From: Candidatus Iainarchaeum sp.
GTDB lineage: Archaea; Iainarchaeota; Iainarchaeia; Iainarchaeales; GCA-2688035
DNA length: 64,000 bases
NCBI GenBank assembly: GCA_017610205.1
Contig: JAFCCL010000001.1
Location: 157,199 to 221,198, forward strand
Direction of reading: 5' to 3'
Shown: positions 43,716 through 51,498 of the stretch, one piece after another
Numbering within the stretch: the first letter of the stretch is position 1
Layout of the letters: each line of letters starts with the position of its first letter
Program-made: the position numbers and the translations under genes
Notes under the pieces: model-generated
The model's input: the letters and a program-made list of their open reading frames with translations, nothing else
Databases searched by the model: none
What the model was told of the DNA's origin: nothing

Positions 43716-44813
43716 ATGGATATAGAAAAGCTAAAAACACTTGCCCTTAAACTTCAGGGCGAATTATTAACTTCGAGTAGAAAATATTTGTCAGATGAAA
43801 AAATATCACATACCAAATTGATAGACCTTCACGAAAATGCGCAAAAAATACTGCCGGACCATAAAACCCTTTTTGAAAGACATATAGAAACTTTAAAAGA
43901 TCCAATTCTGTATATAACAACAAAAGAAGCAGCCGATTTATGTAAAGATATTTTTGAATATGCTATTTTAGAAGACGATAAAAAGGAAAAAAGTGAAACA
44001 CTCGCTAAAGACCCACTTACTGATTTATTTGAAAAGAATAAATTAGCGGAGTTAGATTTTTCTAAATATAAAGAACTTTCAATTGCCTTTCTTGATTTAG
44101 ATAATTTCAAAAAAATAAACGACAAATACAAACATAATAAAGGCGATCTTGCACTAATACAAGTTGCCTCTGCACTAAAGGAAATTGTAGGAAAAAATCA
44201 TTGGGTTTTAAGAAACCACGGCAGTCGAGGAGATGAGTTTATAGTTGTTTTTTTAGATTTAGAGAAAGAAAAAGCATTTAGATTAATTGAAGAATGCAGA
44301 AAAAAAATAGAACACAATAAAGTTGAAAATTTCAACATAACAGTTAGCATCGGTATTGCATCATATCCTAATGATGGAAAAACTCTAAATGAGATTATAG
44401 AAAAAGCCGATGAAGCAATGTATCTTTCTAAAGAAAACGGAAGAAATTGCACGACTCTCTATGATGAAAGCATGGTAAATGAAATAGAAACTATTAATTT
44501 TAGACTTGAGGAAATTGCTAATATAAAAAATGGGGCTAAAGTCATTGTAAAAAGTTGGAAGTGTCATCAGGCTCCTAATATAACTAATTTAGAAGCAATC
44601 GAACTAAGAGACTTAGATGAAGATATCCTGTATACTAGTAGAAATAAAGGCGGAATGGCGACTATTATAACCATTGAAAAAGAAATTCGTGGCGTTGTTA
44701 GAGGGGTTAAAAGGCCACCAGGGCAAACGTTATTTGAATTAGTGGTTCAAAAAAAGCAACTAGAAGGAATTTCATCAGATCCAAAGGATTTTTTGAGTCC
44801 TTTAGTTAGATAA
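43716..44813 (+). CDS. GGDEF-domain (diguanylate-cyclase fold) protein with RGDEF motif and unknown N- and C-terminal domains
   Basis: DPLTDLFEKNKL, IAFLDLDNFKKINDKYKHNKGD, HGSRGDEFIVVF (RGDEF at 44226-44240), VSIGIASYP, and ADEAMYLSKENGRNC. Confidence 0.8.
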   Translation: MDIEKLKTLALKLQGELLTSSRKYLSDEKISHTKLIDLHENAQKILPDHKTLFERHIETLKDPILYITTKEAADLCKDIFEYAILEDDKKEKSETLAKDPLTDLFEKNKLAELDFSKYKELSIAFLDLDNFKKINDKYKHNKGDLALIQVASALKEIVGKNHWVLRNHGSRGDEFIVVFLDLEKEKAFRLIEECRKKIEHNKVENFNITVSIGIASYPNDGKTLNEIIEKADEAMYLSKENGRNCTTLYDESMVNEIETINFRLEEIANIKNGAKVIVKSWKCHQAPNITNLEAIELRDLDEDILYTSRNKGGMATIITIEKEIRGVVRGVKRPPGQTLFELVVQKKQLEGISSDPKDFLSPLVR

Positions 44814-44943
44814 CTAATAGTAATCCATATCTCATTAAGACCACCTTGCCGAAAAGTTAATTAACTTCCTTGCACTATACTGTTTCTGCATAATAAATTC
44901 AGCCGGCCAAGGCAGTGGTGGGCGTTTGATTTTGGGGAAGAAG

Positions 44944-44956
44944 CCTGTCGTTGGCG
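44944..44956 (+). repeat. attR-like copy of the tRNA-Ser(TGA) 3' end
   Basis: Exact 13-nt match, cctgtcgttggcg, to 21887-21899. Confidence 0.75.
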
Positions 44957-44984
44957 AAAAAAATAATTATTTAAACGAGATATT

Positions 44985-45416
44985 CTATTGTTTCGGTGGC
45001 TGAAAGGTTTCCAAGTATTTTTTGACTTCTGACTGACAGTTCTGTAAAAAAGAATCTATGTTTTGGGTTGGGTTGATAAAAGAAGTAATAGATAAAATTA
45101 GTGGGTTTTCTGCTTGAATTCTTTCAGATTTTTGTTTCGCAGTATCGAAAGCATAAAGACAGGTTTCTTTAACGACTTCGGTTGGAGCATATTTTTCAAT
45201 ACAAGCCCTGTACTCATGCTGGCATAAGCTGGTGGCAATATCTTCTTCCCTGTGGAGAGGAGCGTAAAGAGAAATCATTTGATAGGATAAGACCTTACCC
45301 CGATTGTCGACAGTTTTCCTTGCATCCTGCTGGATACTCAATCCGTGTAAATAAAGTGCTGAAAGTAAGGCAACAACAAGTAGGGCAGATACAAAAACAA
45401 TTCTTTTTGAAAGCAT
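44985..45416 (-). CDS. secreted/membrane-anchored hypothetical protein
   Basis: 143 aa with N-terminal hydrophobic segment IVFVSALLVVALLSAL. Confidence 0.45.
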   Translation of the reverse strand: MLSKRIVFVSALLVVALLSALYLHGLSIQQDARKTVDNRGKVLSYQMISLYAPLHREEDIATSLCQHEYRACIEKYAPTEVVKETCLYAFDTAKQKSERIQAENPLILSITSFINPTQNIDSFLQNCQSEVKKYLETFQPPKQ

Positions 45417-45517
45417 TTAGTTTCTTAGGCACTTTCCCCTATTTTATTCTTTTGCTTTGATTTAAATTGTTTTGCCTGCAAAAGTAACTAAAGCTTAAAG
45501 CGTTTACATAACAACAG

Positions 45518-45532
45518 TTAGCGTGTCGTTGG
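45518..45532 (+). repeat. degenerate att-core copy (ttagcgtgtcgttgg)
   Basis: Shares tgtcgttgg with the tRNA-Ser(TGA) end. Identical over 15 nt to 47109-47123. Confidence 0.6.
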
Positions 45533-45589
45533 TGTGATATCATAAGATATCTTTAAATATCTTTTGCTTTTTATTCTATTTGTGGTTGC

Positions 45590-45823
45590 TTGAGGAAAGA
45601 ACAGTACAAAATAGTGTTGACGCGGCATGCCTTTATTAGAGCAATGCAGCGTAAGGTAAGCCCTGACTTAATTGAGGATACCCTGCAAACTGGAAAAATG
45701 AAAAAACATGGTAAAGGCAGAGTAAAGTTTGAGAAGCGTTTCAAGCAATTCGCAGTAATATGTGTTGATGAAATAACTGGAAATGTGATTAAGATTGTTA
45801 CAATTGAAAAAAAGAGGTGGTAA
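45590..45823 (+). CDS. DUF4258-like toxin candidate
   Basis: IVLTRHAFIRAMQRKVSPDLIEDTLQTG...VICVDEITGNVIKIVTI. TTG start. Followed immediately by the antitoxin-like gene. Confidence 0.5.
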   Translation: MRKEQYKIVLTRHAFIRAMQRKVSPDLIEDTLQTGKMKKHGKGRVKFEKRFKQFAVICVDEITGNVIKIVTIEKKRW

Positions 45824-45825
45824 TT

Positions 45826-46122
45826 ATGAACTGTACAAAATGTGTTGGAAAAATGGTTGAAAGAAAAGGCAGCACGCCTGAAGGGATTGAATACGCATAC
45901 TTCAAATGCAGAAAATGCGGTGAAGAAATAGTTGATATGAAGCAATTGCATTCAGTTGCCCAAAAATACAGGGAAATGAAGAAATACACTGCCAAAATCA
46001 GCAAGTGGGGCGAAAGCTTTGCAGTAAGAATACCAAAAGAACTAGTCAAACAATACAAACTAAAGCAAAACGAAGACGTAACACTTGTTCCGGAAAAGAA
46101 AGGAATAAAGATAGTGGCCTAA
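45826..46122 (+). CDS. zinc-ribbon + AbrB/SpoVT-domain antitoxin candidate
   Basis: CTKCVGKM...FKCRKCGEE (MqsA/YgiT-like ribbon), then KISKWGESFAVRIPKELVKQYKLKQNEDVTLVP (AbrB-type). SD gaggtgg is 5 nt upstream of ATG 45826. Confidence 0.6.
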   Translation: MNCTKCVGKMVERKGSTPEGIEYAYFKCRKCGEEIVDMKQLHSVAQKYREMKKYTAKISKWGESFAVRIPKELVKQYKLKQNEDVTLVPEKKGIKIVA

Positions 46123-46129
46123 AGTCAAA

Positions 46130-46309
46130 TCATTTCTTTTCCACCACTACTTTTCCTTTGTCAAGCTTCCACGCCAGTTTTTGTTTTTTGCCGTCTGTGT
46201 TTAACTCAAGCACGTTTAGGGCAATGTCTCTTGGAATAGCTGTTCTGAAATAGGCTTTGTTTTGGCTCCAGTGTGGAGTTACTGTGCTCTGGGTTTCAAG
46301 CTTTGGCAT
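46130..46309 (-). CDS. small AbrB-like protein (59 aa, below the ORF-track cutoff)
   Basis: My translation is MPKLETQSTVTPHWSQNKAYFRTAIPRDIALNVLELNTDGKKQKLAWKLDKGKVVVEKK. Its ATG shares one nt with the stop of the upstream methyltransferase gene (TAATG). Confidence 0.45.
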   Translation of the reverse strand: MPKLETQSTVTPHWSQNKAYFRTAIPRDIALNVLELNTDGKKQKLAWKLDKGKVVVEKK

Positions 46310-46992
46310 TAGCTTCTCCCTTTTTGAATTGGTTTTTGGGGAATAAAAATACTACGGCCTGATAGCATATTTTGCAACCCATAAGTGGAAAATAAATCTG
46401 AAGCATCCAAGATTATCTTGAACCCAGCTTGTGTTAAATCTTCTCTTCTAATATCACCAACCCTGTCTGTTGAAACAATTAAGTATCCGCCTGATTTAAG
46501 TGAAGCAAGAATGCCTTCCAAAGCAATTTTGTTGTTTGCCCGATAGTTTCCCAAACTCCAATTAGAAACTATTGCATCAAAATTTCTTCCATTAAATAAT
46601 CTTCCAACATCTTCAAATTCGCCCTGTTTGCCTTCAATAGGAGCCCTTTCGTTCACTTCAAACCTATCCATTACAGTCATTTTTGCTCCTAAGCTATGAA
46701 GCACTGTAGTAAAGTCGGCGGTTGGTGAATCAACTTCAAGAATCCTTTTTCCTTTGAAAGAACCAAACATTTTTCTCATAGAACAAAATAATGGAGCATA
46801 ACCCGCGCAATTGTTTACCTTCAACCTATCTAATCTTTCACTAGCAGTACCCAAACGCCGTACAGTTAAACCAAACTTTGACACAAGCTTTTTTCTACCC
46901 TTAATAGTAAGACCAATTCTTCTCTCAGGCCCACAAACTTGTGCAAGCTCTCTATTCTGAATTGTCTTTTTTTTCTTTTTTGCTCTTTGCAC
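46309..46992 (-). CDS. class I SAM-dependent methyltransferase with basic N-terminal extension
   Basis: ILEVDSPTADFTTVLHSLGAKMTVMD (motif I region), FDAIVSNWSLGNY, LKSGGYLIVS. Confidence 0.6.
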   Translation of the reverse strand: MQRAKKKKKTIQNRELAQVCGPERRIGLTIKGRKKLVSKFGLTVRRLGTASERLDRLKVNNCAGYAPLFCSMRKMFGSFKGKRILEVDSPTADFTTVLHSLGAKMTVMDRFEVNERAPIEGKQGEFEDVGRLFNGRNFDAIVSNWSLGNYRANNKIALEGILASLKSGGYLIVSTDRVGDIRREDLTQAGFKIILDASDLFSTYGLQNMLSGRSIFIPQKPIQKGRS

Positions 46993-47108
46993 CTAAGTTA
47001 CCAACTAAATGCCATAACAAAACTTTTGTTAACAATTATTTTTAAATCTATTTTTTAAATAGAACAAAGGCATTATTTGATTAGGTTTAGCGTTGAACTC
47101 ACTGGCTA

Positions 47109-47123
47109 TTAGCGTGTCGTTGG
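47109..47123 (+). repeat. degenerate att-core copy (ttagcgtgtcgttgg)
   Basis: 15-nt identity with 45518-45532. With the following c it matches tgtcgttggc of the tRNA end. Confidence 0.6.
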
Positions 47124-47155
47124 CAATTCAATAGAATTAAATAGAAGAAAACAAT

Positions 47156-47437
47156 ATGTTATTTATGAATGTAAAATCAAGGAATCTAGGAATAAAATAT
47201 AGGGTTAAAAGGAATCCTGGGCGTAGAACAAAAACAGTCTCTATTCTAAGCGGTCCGAATAAAGGTAGGCAAATTATTGAAAGAAGGGGTCTAAAAGCAG
47301 GCTCGGCAGGACACTTGGGTAAACCCTCTGGCGTAACAGGATTAGGTGGACAAATACACGAAAATTTTGGTGTAACACATCGCGGAACAACAAAAGCAGC
47401 GCTAAGAAGAATCAGGGGATTAAAAGAAAATAAGTAA
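47156..47437 (+). CDS. hypothetical small basic protein
   Basis: 93-aa K/R/G-rich ORF with no motif. Confidence 0.35.
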   Translation: MLFMNVKSRNLGIKYRVKRNPGRRTKTVSILSGPNKGRQIIERRGLKAGSAGHLGKPSGVTGLGGQIHENFGVTHRGTTKAALRRIRGLKENK

Positions 47438-47471
47438 AAAAACGCGATAAAAACAATTTTAGAAAAGAATA

Positions 47472-47481
47472 GTGTCGTTGG
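47472..47481 (+). repeat. degenerate att-core copy (gtgtcgttgg)
   Basis: 10-nt identity with the cores at 45523-45532 and 47114-47123. Confidence 0.4.
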
Positions 47482-47505
47482 AAACGCCCTATTCGGTTAA
47501 AATTC

Positions 47506-47829
47506 TTATTTTTTTTGTTTTGACTCAAGTTTTTGAATAAGACCATCAATTGCTCCTTCAATGAAAGAATCCCTGTCTCTTTGAAGTTTTCTCAATCCCC
47601 TTGAAACAATTTCAGAGTCTTTTCGATTTAAAGCAGGAGCGTAAGAATGCAATTCTAAAGTTGCTTTTCTGCGTTGCTGCAGTGTTCCATTTTTTAATAC
47701 AGCTATTCGGCTTTGGACTACTTGCAATAGCTTGCCCCCTGAAATTTTTTTCAGAGGTGCTTGTTGAGACACTTTATTTTTTTCGGATTTTAGATACCTT
47801 CTAAAAACCGAGGTAATGTTTTTAATCAC
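47506..47829 (-). CDS. hypothetical protein
   Basis: 107-aa helical ORF with no motif. Confidence 0.4.
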   Translation of the reverse strand: MIKNITSVFRRYLKSEKNKVSQQAPLKKISGGKLLQVVQSRIAVLKNGTLQQRRKATLELHSYAPALNRKDSEIVSRGLRKLQRDRDSFIEGAIDGLIQKLESKQKK

Positions 47830-47939
47830 AATAATAACGGTGTCTTTTCATCTATTTTAGTTTTTCGGTAAAGCTTTTTTCCTTTTTTATAGTTTCGGTT
47901 ATTTAATTTTATATAGTTCTAATTAGAAGTGATTTCAAA

Positions 47940-48524
47940 ATGCCAAAGAAGCAAGAGCCTGTCAAAGAAGAGCAAATGCCTGATTCCCTTGAGGAAATTG
48001 TCGATGACATCCACGAGACAAGCAAGGATATTGACGAAATTCAGGAAGACGTTGACGAAATTCAAAGCGATGTCAAGGAAATCAAAAAAAGCCAAAAGTC
48101 TTTGCTTAAAAGAATGTCTTCAAGGCTTGTACCAGACGAATTTGCATGGGACGACCTTGCACAGCAAATTGTTGGAGCAATGATTCTTTCAACACCACTT
48201 GCAGTAACACAGGAAGTTTGGGTTCTTTCACAACAGCTTGACATTTTAAGGCTTTTTGCAATTATTATTATAACACTTGTATTTGACATTTTGCTGATTT
48301 ACCACACAAAATACCAGCTTGTAAAAGAACAAAAAATCCTTTCATTTATTCCACTAAGACTGGCTTCTCTGCTGATTGTTTCCTATACAAGCGCAGCCTT
48401 AATGCTGTTGATTTTTGGAGTAATAGGATACGAAATAACAAGCCCTTTTGGCATACTAAAACTAGTAATCCTCGTAGGATTGTTTGCAAACATTGGAGCA
48501 GGAACAGCAGACCTGTTAAAATAA
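47940..48524 (+). CDS. integral membrane protein (DUF2391-like by recollection) with acidic repeat N-terminus
   Basis: DIDEIQEDVDEIQSDVKEIKK, then 4-5 TM helices (AQQIVGAMILSTPLAVTQEVW...). Confidence 0.55.
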   Translation: MPKKQEPVKEEQMPDSLEEIVDDIHETSKDIDEIQEDVDEIQSDVKEIKKSQKSLLKRMSSRLVPDEFAWDDLAQQIVGAMILSTPLAVTQEVWVLSQQLDILRLFAIIIITLVFDILLIYHTKYQLVKEQKILSFIPLRLASLLIVSYTSAALMLLIFGVIGYEITSPFGILKLVILVGLFANIGAGTADLLK

Positions 48525-48567
48525 ACCATTCTTTAAAAGGCTTTTCAGCCACTTTCTTTTTACCCCT

Positions 48568-48651
48568 GCAGGGGTGGCTGAGCGGTCTAAAGCGCACGCT
48601 TGGAAAGCGTGTTTCTTCACAGAAGCGCGAGTTCGAATCTCGTCCCCTGCG
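48568..48651 (+). tRNA. tRNA-Ser(GGA), second integration target
   Basis: Acceptor GCAGGGG/CCCCTGC. Anticodon stem CACGC/GCGTG with loop TTGGAAA. Long variable arm. T arm GCGAG-TTCGAAT-CTCGT. 84 nt. Confidence 0.9.
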
Positions 48652-48702
48652 ATATTTATTTTAATCGATTGGTTTAAATTAGTTAATAGACTATATGTTA
48701 AT

Positions 48703-48840
48703 ATGGAAACTGTTACTATTATGAAAAAAGAATATGATTTGCTTAAGAAAAAGGCAAATCTTGCTGATGATGTCCTGCTACAATTGAAGGCAAGTCTTAA
48801 AGACATTCAAGCTGGCAGAATCAAACCGTTTGACCACTAG
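48703..48840 (+). CDS. small hypothetical protein (45 aa)
   Basis: METVTIMKKEYDLLKKKANLADDVLLQLKASLKDIQAGRIKPFDH. The track ORF start reads through the tRNA, so I trimmed to ATG 48703. Confidence 0.35.
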   Translation: METVTIMKKEYDLLKKKANLADDVLLQLKASLKDIQAGRIKPFDH

Positions 48841-49142
48841 ATTTGTTCAACGAATTTCATATACTTTTTCTTATTCTGCAAAATATGGTTTATTATCTCT
48901 TGTTGTTCTTTTTTTAATCCAAAAGCCACCAAAAGGACAAGACCGGTTTTTTTGTAAACAAGATAGTATAATCGCTTTCCGCCAAATTTTTTTTCCCGAA
49001 ACCAGTTGAATTTCAATGGTTTTCCAACTAAGAAACTTTCCTTTAACTGCTGAGCCACTTTCTTAATCCATTCTTGTTCACTCTTTTCAAGCGTCTCAAA
49101 CAAGCGGGAAAATTCTTCGGTCTCCAAAACCTGGTTTGGCAT
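48837..49142 (-). CDS. RelE/ParE-like toxin candidate
   Basis: FREKKFGGKRLYYLVYKKTGLVLLVAFGLKKEQQ resembles RelE-superfamily addiction-module toxins. Confidence 0.5.
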   Translation of the reverse strand: MPNQVLETEEFSRLFETLEKSEQEWIKKVAQQLKESFLVGKPLKFNWFREKKFGGKRLYYLVYKKTGLVLLVAFGLKKEQQEIINHILQNKKKYMKFVEQI

Positions 49143-49192
49143 ATTATTATTGAATTCAAAGTTTATTTAAGACAAACGCGATAAAGTTTCAA

Positions 49193-49208
49193 AATCTCGT
49201 CCCCTGCG
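49193..49208 (+). repeat. 16-nt direct repeat of the tRNA-Ser(GGA) 3' end (aatctcgtcccctgcg)
   Basis: Exact match to 48636-48651. Confidence 0.8.
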
Positions 49209-49276
49209 TATTAACCTTATGACGGCACACCAACGGAAAGCCTTTAAACGTTTTTCGATTGAGGAGGTGCTGTCAT

Positions 49277-49503
49277 ATAAAAACATACATTCACGATTAC
49301 GACAGAAGTCTTGAACGAGAAATACTCAACCTCAAGCCTTCTCAAGTATCGGAACACAACAAGAAGCTCATTATTGAGTTCTAAGACTATAACTATACAA
49401 GAAAAATTTCCAAGCCAAGAATGGTTAGGCAAATAAGCATACTAAAAATGACTGGCAGTTCATGCAAAAGGAATTAAAAGAGGTATTTGTAAAATTATGT
49501 TAA
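49277..49503 (+). pseudogene. decayed 5' fragment of a tyrosine integrase gene (paralog of 21959-23164)
   Basis: Translation IKTYIHDYDRSLEREILNLKPSQVSEHNKKLIIEF*DYNYTRKISKPRMVRQISILK aligns with REYIHPYKKNLEREIQRIKESELLGDNKQLILKFYQHNMAQEHSLPRMERQACVLRK of the intact integrase. It has an in-frame stop, then a frameshift, and the catalytic half is absent. Confidence 0.7.
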
Positions 49504-49586
49504 AAGTTGTTTGAAAAGCAGGCGCTCATTCCATAAACAGTATTGGGTGTTTTTTTTGGAAAGTTTATAAAAAAACGTGTTCAAAG

Positions 49587-50717
49587 ATGAACTTTGATAT
49601 TGACGCAAAATTCTTGAAGCATTTTCGAAATCTTCGCCAAGTGTTTTTATATATCACAGATGAATGCAATCTTAGGTGTGTTCAGTGTATTTATAAGCCC
49701 AGCATTACATACCAACTTGGGCGCAAAGAGATTGGTTTAGAAACTGCACTTGCTCTTATATCTGATTTCAGAGAACTTGAAGCTTCTAAATTATCAATCT
49801 TGGGCGGGAAACCAACATTGTACGGGTCTTCCCAGAATTGGAAACCATTGTTGCGAGTAATTGTCAAAGCCAAAGAGTTAGGGTATGAATATGTTCGACT
49901 TGATACTAATGGCGCCACAGAAAAATTCTCTTCGCTTCTGCTCAAAAAGGACTTCAAAAAATTGGATGAAATATCATTCAGTATTGATGGCCCCACTGCT
50001 GAGATAAATGATCCAATCAGGGGGAAAGGAACATTCGATGAATGTGTATCAAATGTCAAAAAAGCAGTGCGACTGGGCTATAATGTTAACATTACTTGTT
50101 GCATCCATAGGAATCTTGTAACGAGGGGCGCATCCGGTGACTTATTAGTTGAGTGCATGATTCGATTTGCCACTTCTCTAGGCGCAAAGCGGATAAATTT
50201 TCATGTCCTTTTTGACAGAGGCACGCCAGAAGATACATGGACAACGCCTGAAGTACATATATCGCCTCAAGAATGGATGGGTATATACTCCGAGATTAAC
50301 AAAAATATTGAAGCCGGCAAATATCAAATCCCTGTTAGGATTCCCCAGTCTTTTATAGCTTGGGAAGAATTTGAAAGAAACCCGGATTATTATGGATTCT
50401 GTCCTGCCAAATTGGGTGAAAGGGTTCTGGTTCATCCTAATGGCATAATCAGAATCTGCTCTTCGTTGCTATCCACTCCATATGGTGTTGCAAGATATTC
50501 CAATGATAAAATTGTCTGGGACGACGGTTTAACTAATGAGCTTCAGGACCACCAACTTAATAAACCAACCCCTTGCACAAACCAGAGTAAAAAATATTCT
50601 GATGAAAAATTTGTTCCATTATGTTTCTCGTTTAAATCCAAGCAAGATGAATTCATTTGGAGGCAAAAACCGGGCTGGGAAAAAATAAGGACCTTTAAAG
50701 AGGGAAAAAATGAATAA
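49587..50717 (+). CDS. radical SAM enzyme with Cys-containing C-terminal (SPASM/twitch-like) region
   Basis: FLYITDECNLRCVQCIY (CxxxCxxC), SILGGKPTL (GGE-like), later FCPAKLGERVLVHPNGIIRICSS and PCTNQ. Confidence 0.8.
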   Translation: MNFDIDAKFLKHFRNLRQVFLYITDECNLRCVQCIYKPSITYQLGRKEIGLETALALISDFRELEASKLSILGGKPTLYGSSQNWKPLLRVIVKAKELGYEYVRLDTNGATEKFSSLLLKKDFKKLDEISFSIDGPTAEINDPIRGKGTFDECVSNVKKAVRLGYNVNITCCIHRNLVTRGASGDLLVECMIRFATSLGAKRINFHVLFDRGTPEDTWTTPEVHISPQEWMGIYSEINKNIEAGKYQIPVRIPQSFIAWEEFERNPDYYGFCPAKLGERVLVHPNGIIRICSSLLSTPYGVARYSNDKIVWDDGLTNELQDHQLNKPTPCTNQSKKYSDEKFVPLCFSFKSKQDEFIWRQKPGWEKIRTFKEGKNE

Positions 50718-51486
50718 AAATTTTAGCATATTAACATGGAATATTGGAGGACCGTCACTTGAACGGGCTAAAAAACAGTTCCAATGGCTTGAAAAACAGC
50801 CTTTTGATGTCTTCGTTCTCACTGAATGCAAAAACAGTAACGGCTGCCTATTTTTAGAAACGTCCTTTAAAAACAAAAACATGTTTCCCAAAAATAACGC
50901 CAACAATGTTATTTTTCCAAAACCCTCAGGGAATGGATATGGCGTCCTTATTGCTAGCAAACATAAAATAGCGCCCAGTCCCTTTGCAGACCGCGTTAAT
51001 TTTTTACGCCCTCGAGTAAACTCAGCAATTATATCTTACGGCAATGAAAAGATTGAAATCCTTGGAGTATACACACCATCCCGCGGTTCTGAAAAAAATG
51101 AGAGACGCCAAAAAAAGAAACGTTTCATAGGAAGCTTTCTCCAGGCCTTGGAAAAGGCGCCTGTTCATTCTCCCAGAATTTTAATAGGGGACTACAATGT
51201 CTTAGAACCGAATCACATTCCCAAGTATCCTGGGTTTGAAAAATGGGAATATGACTTTTATTGCATTCTAAAAAACTATCAGTTACAGGATGCCTTCCGC
51301 CATCTGCATCCGACAACAAGGGCGTACAGTTGGTTTGGTTTAACAGGCCGACCCTACAGGTATGACCATTGTTTTGTGTCCACAGACATTCTTCCCTTAG
51401 TTGACAAATGCTATTATTTTCACGAACCCAGGGGACTAAAACTCAGCGACCATTCTGCCCTTGTCACTACTATAAAAATAGGGTAA
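50710..51486 (+). CDS. endonuclease/exonuclease/phosphatase (EEP) family protein
   Basis: ILTWNIGG...DVFVLTECKN, ILIGDYNV, YRYDHCFVS, LSDHSALV. Overlaps the radical SAM gene by 8 nt. Confidence 0.8.
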   Translation: MNKNFSILTWNIGGPSLERAKKQFQWLEKQPFDVFVLTECKNSNGCLFLETSFKNKNMFPKNNANNVIFPKPSGNGYGVLIASKHKIAPSPFADRVNFLRPRVNSAIISYGNEKIEILGVYTPSRGSEKNERRQKKKRFIGSFLQALEKAPVHSPRILIGDYNVLEPNHIPKYPGFEKWEYDFYCILKNYQLQDAFRHLHPTTRAYSWFGLTGRPYRYDHCFVSTDILPLVDKCYYFHEPRGLKLSDHSALVTTIKIG

Positions 51487-51498
51487 TGCAATTAATAA

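Larger units (their letters stand above)
21887..44956. mobile_element. integrated element (~23 kb) at tRNA-Ser(TGA), bounded by a 13-nt direct repeat cctgtcgttggcg
   Basis: The repeat is at 21887-21899 (tRNA 3' end) and 44944-44956. The integrase gene abuts the tRNA. The cargo is entirely accessory (R-M, nucleases, T4SS-like genes, GGDEF). Confidence 0.7.

Noticed and set aside
45571-46058. Minus-strand ORFs of 126 and 86 aa
   Set aside because: They are antisense to the DUF4258 / Zn-ribbon-AbrB pair, which has SD sequences and recognisable motifs.
48574-48702. 5' part of track ORF 48574-48840
   Set aside because: It translates through tRNA-Ser(GGA). Only the distal ATG 48703 segment was kept, at low confidence.
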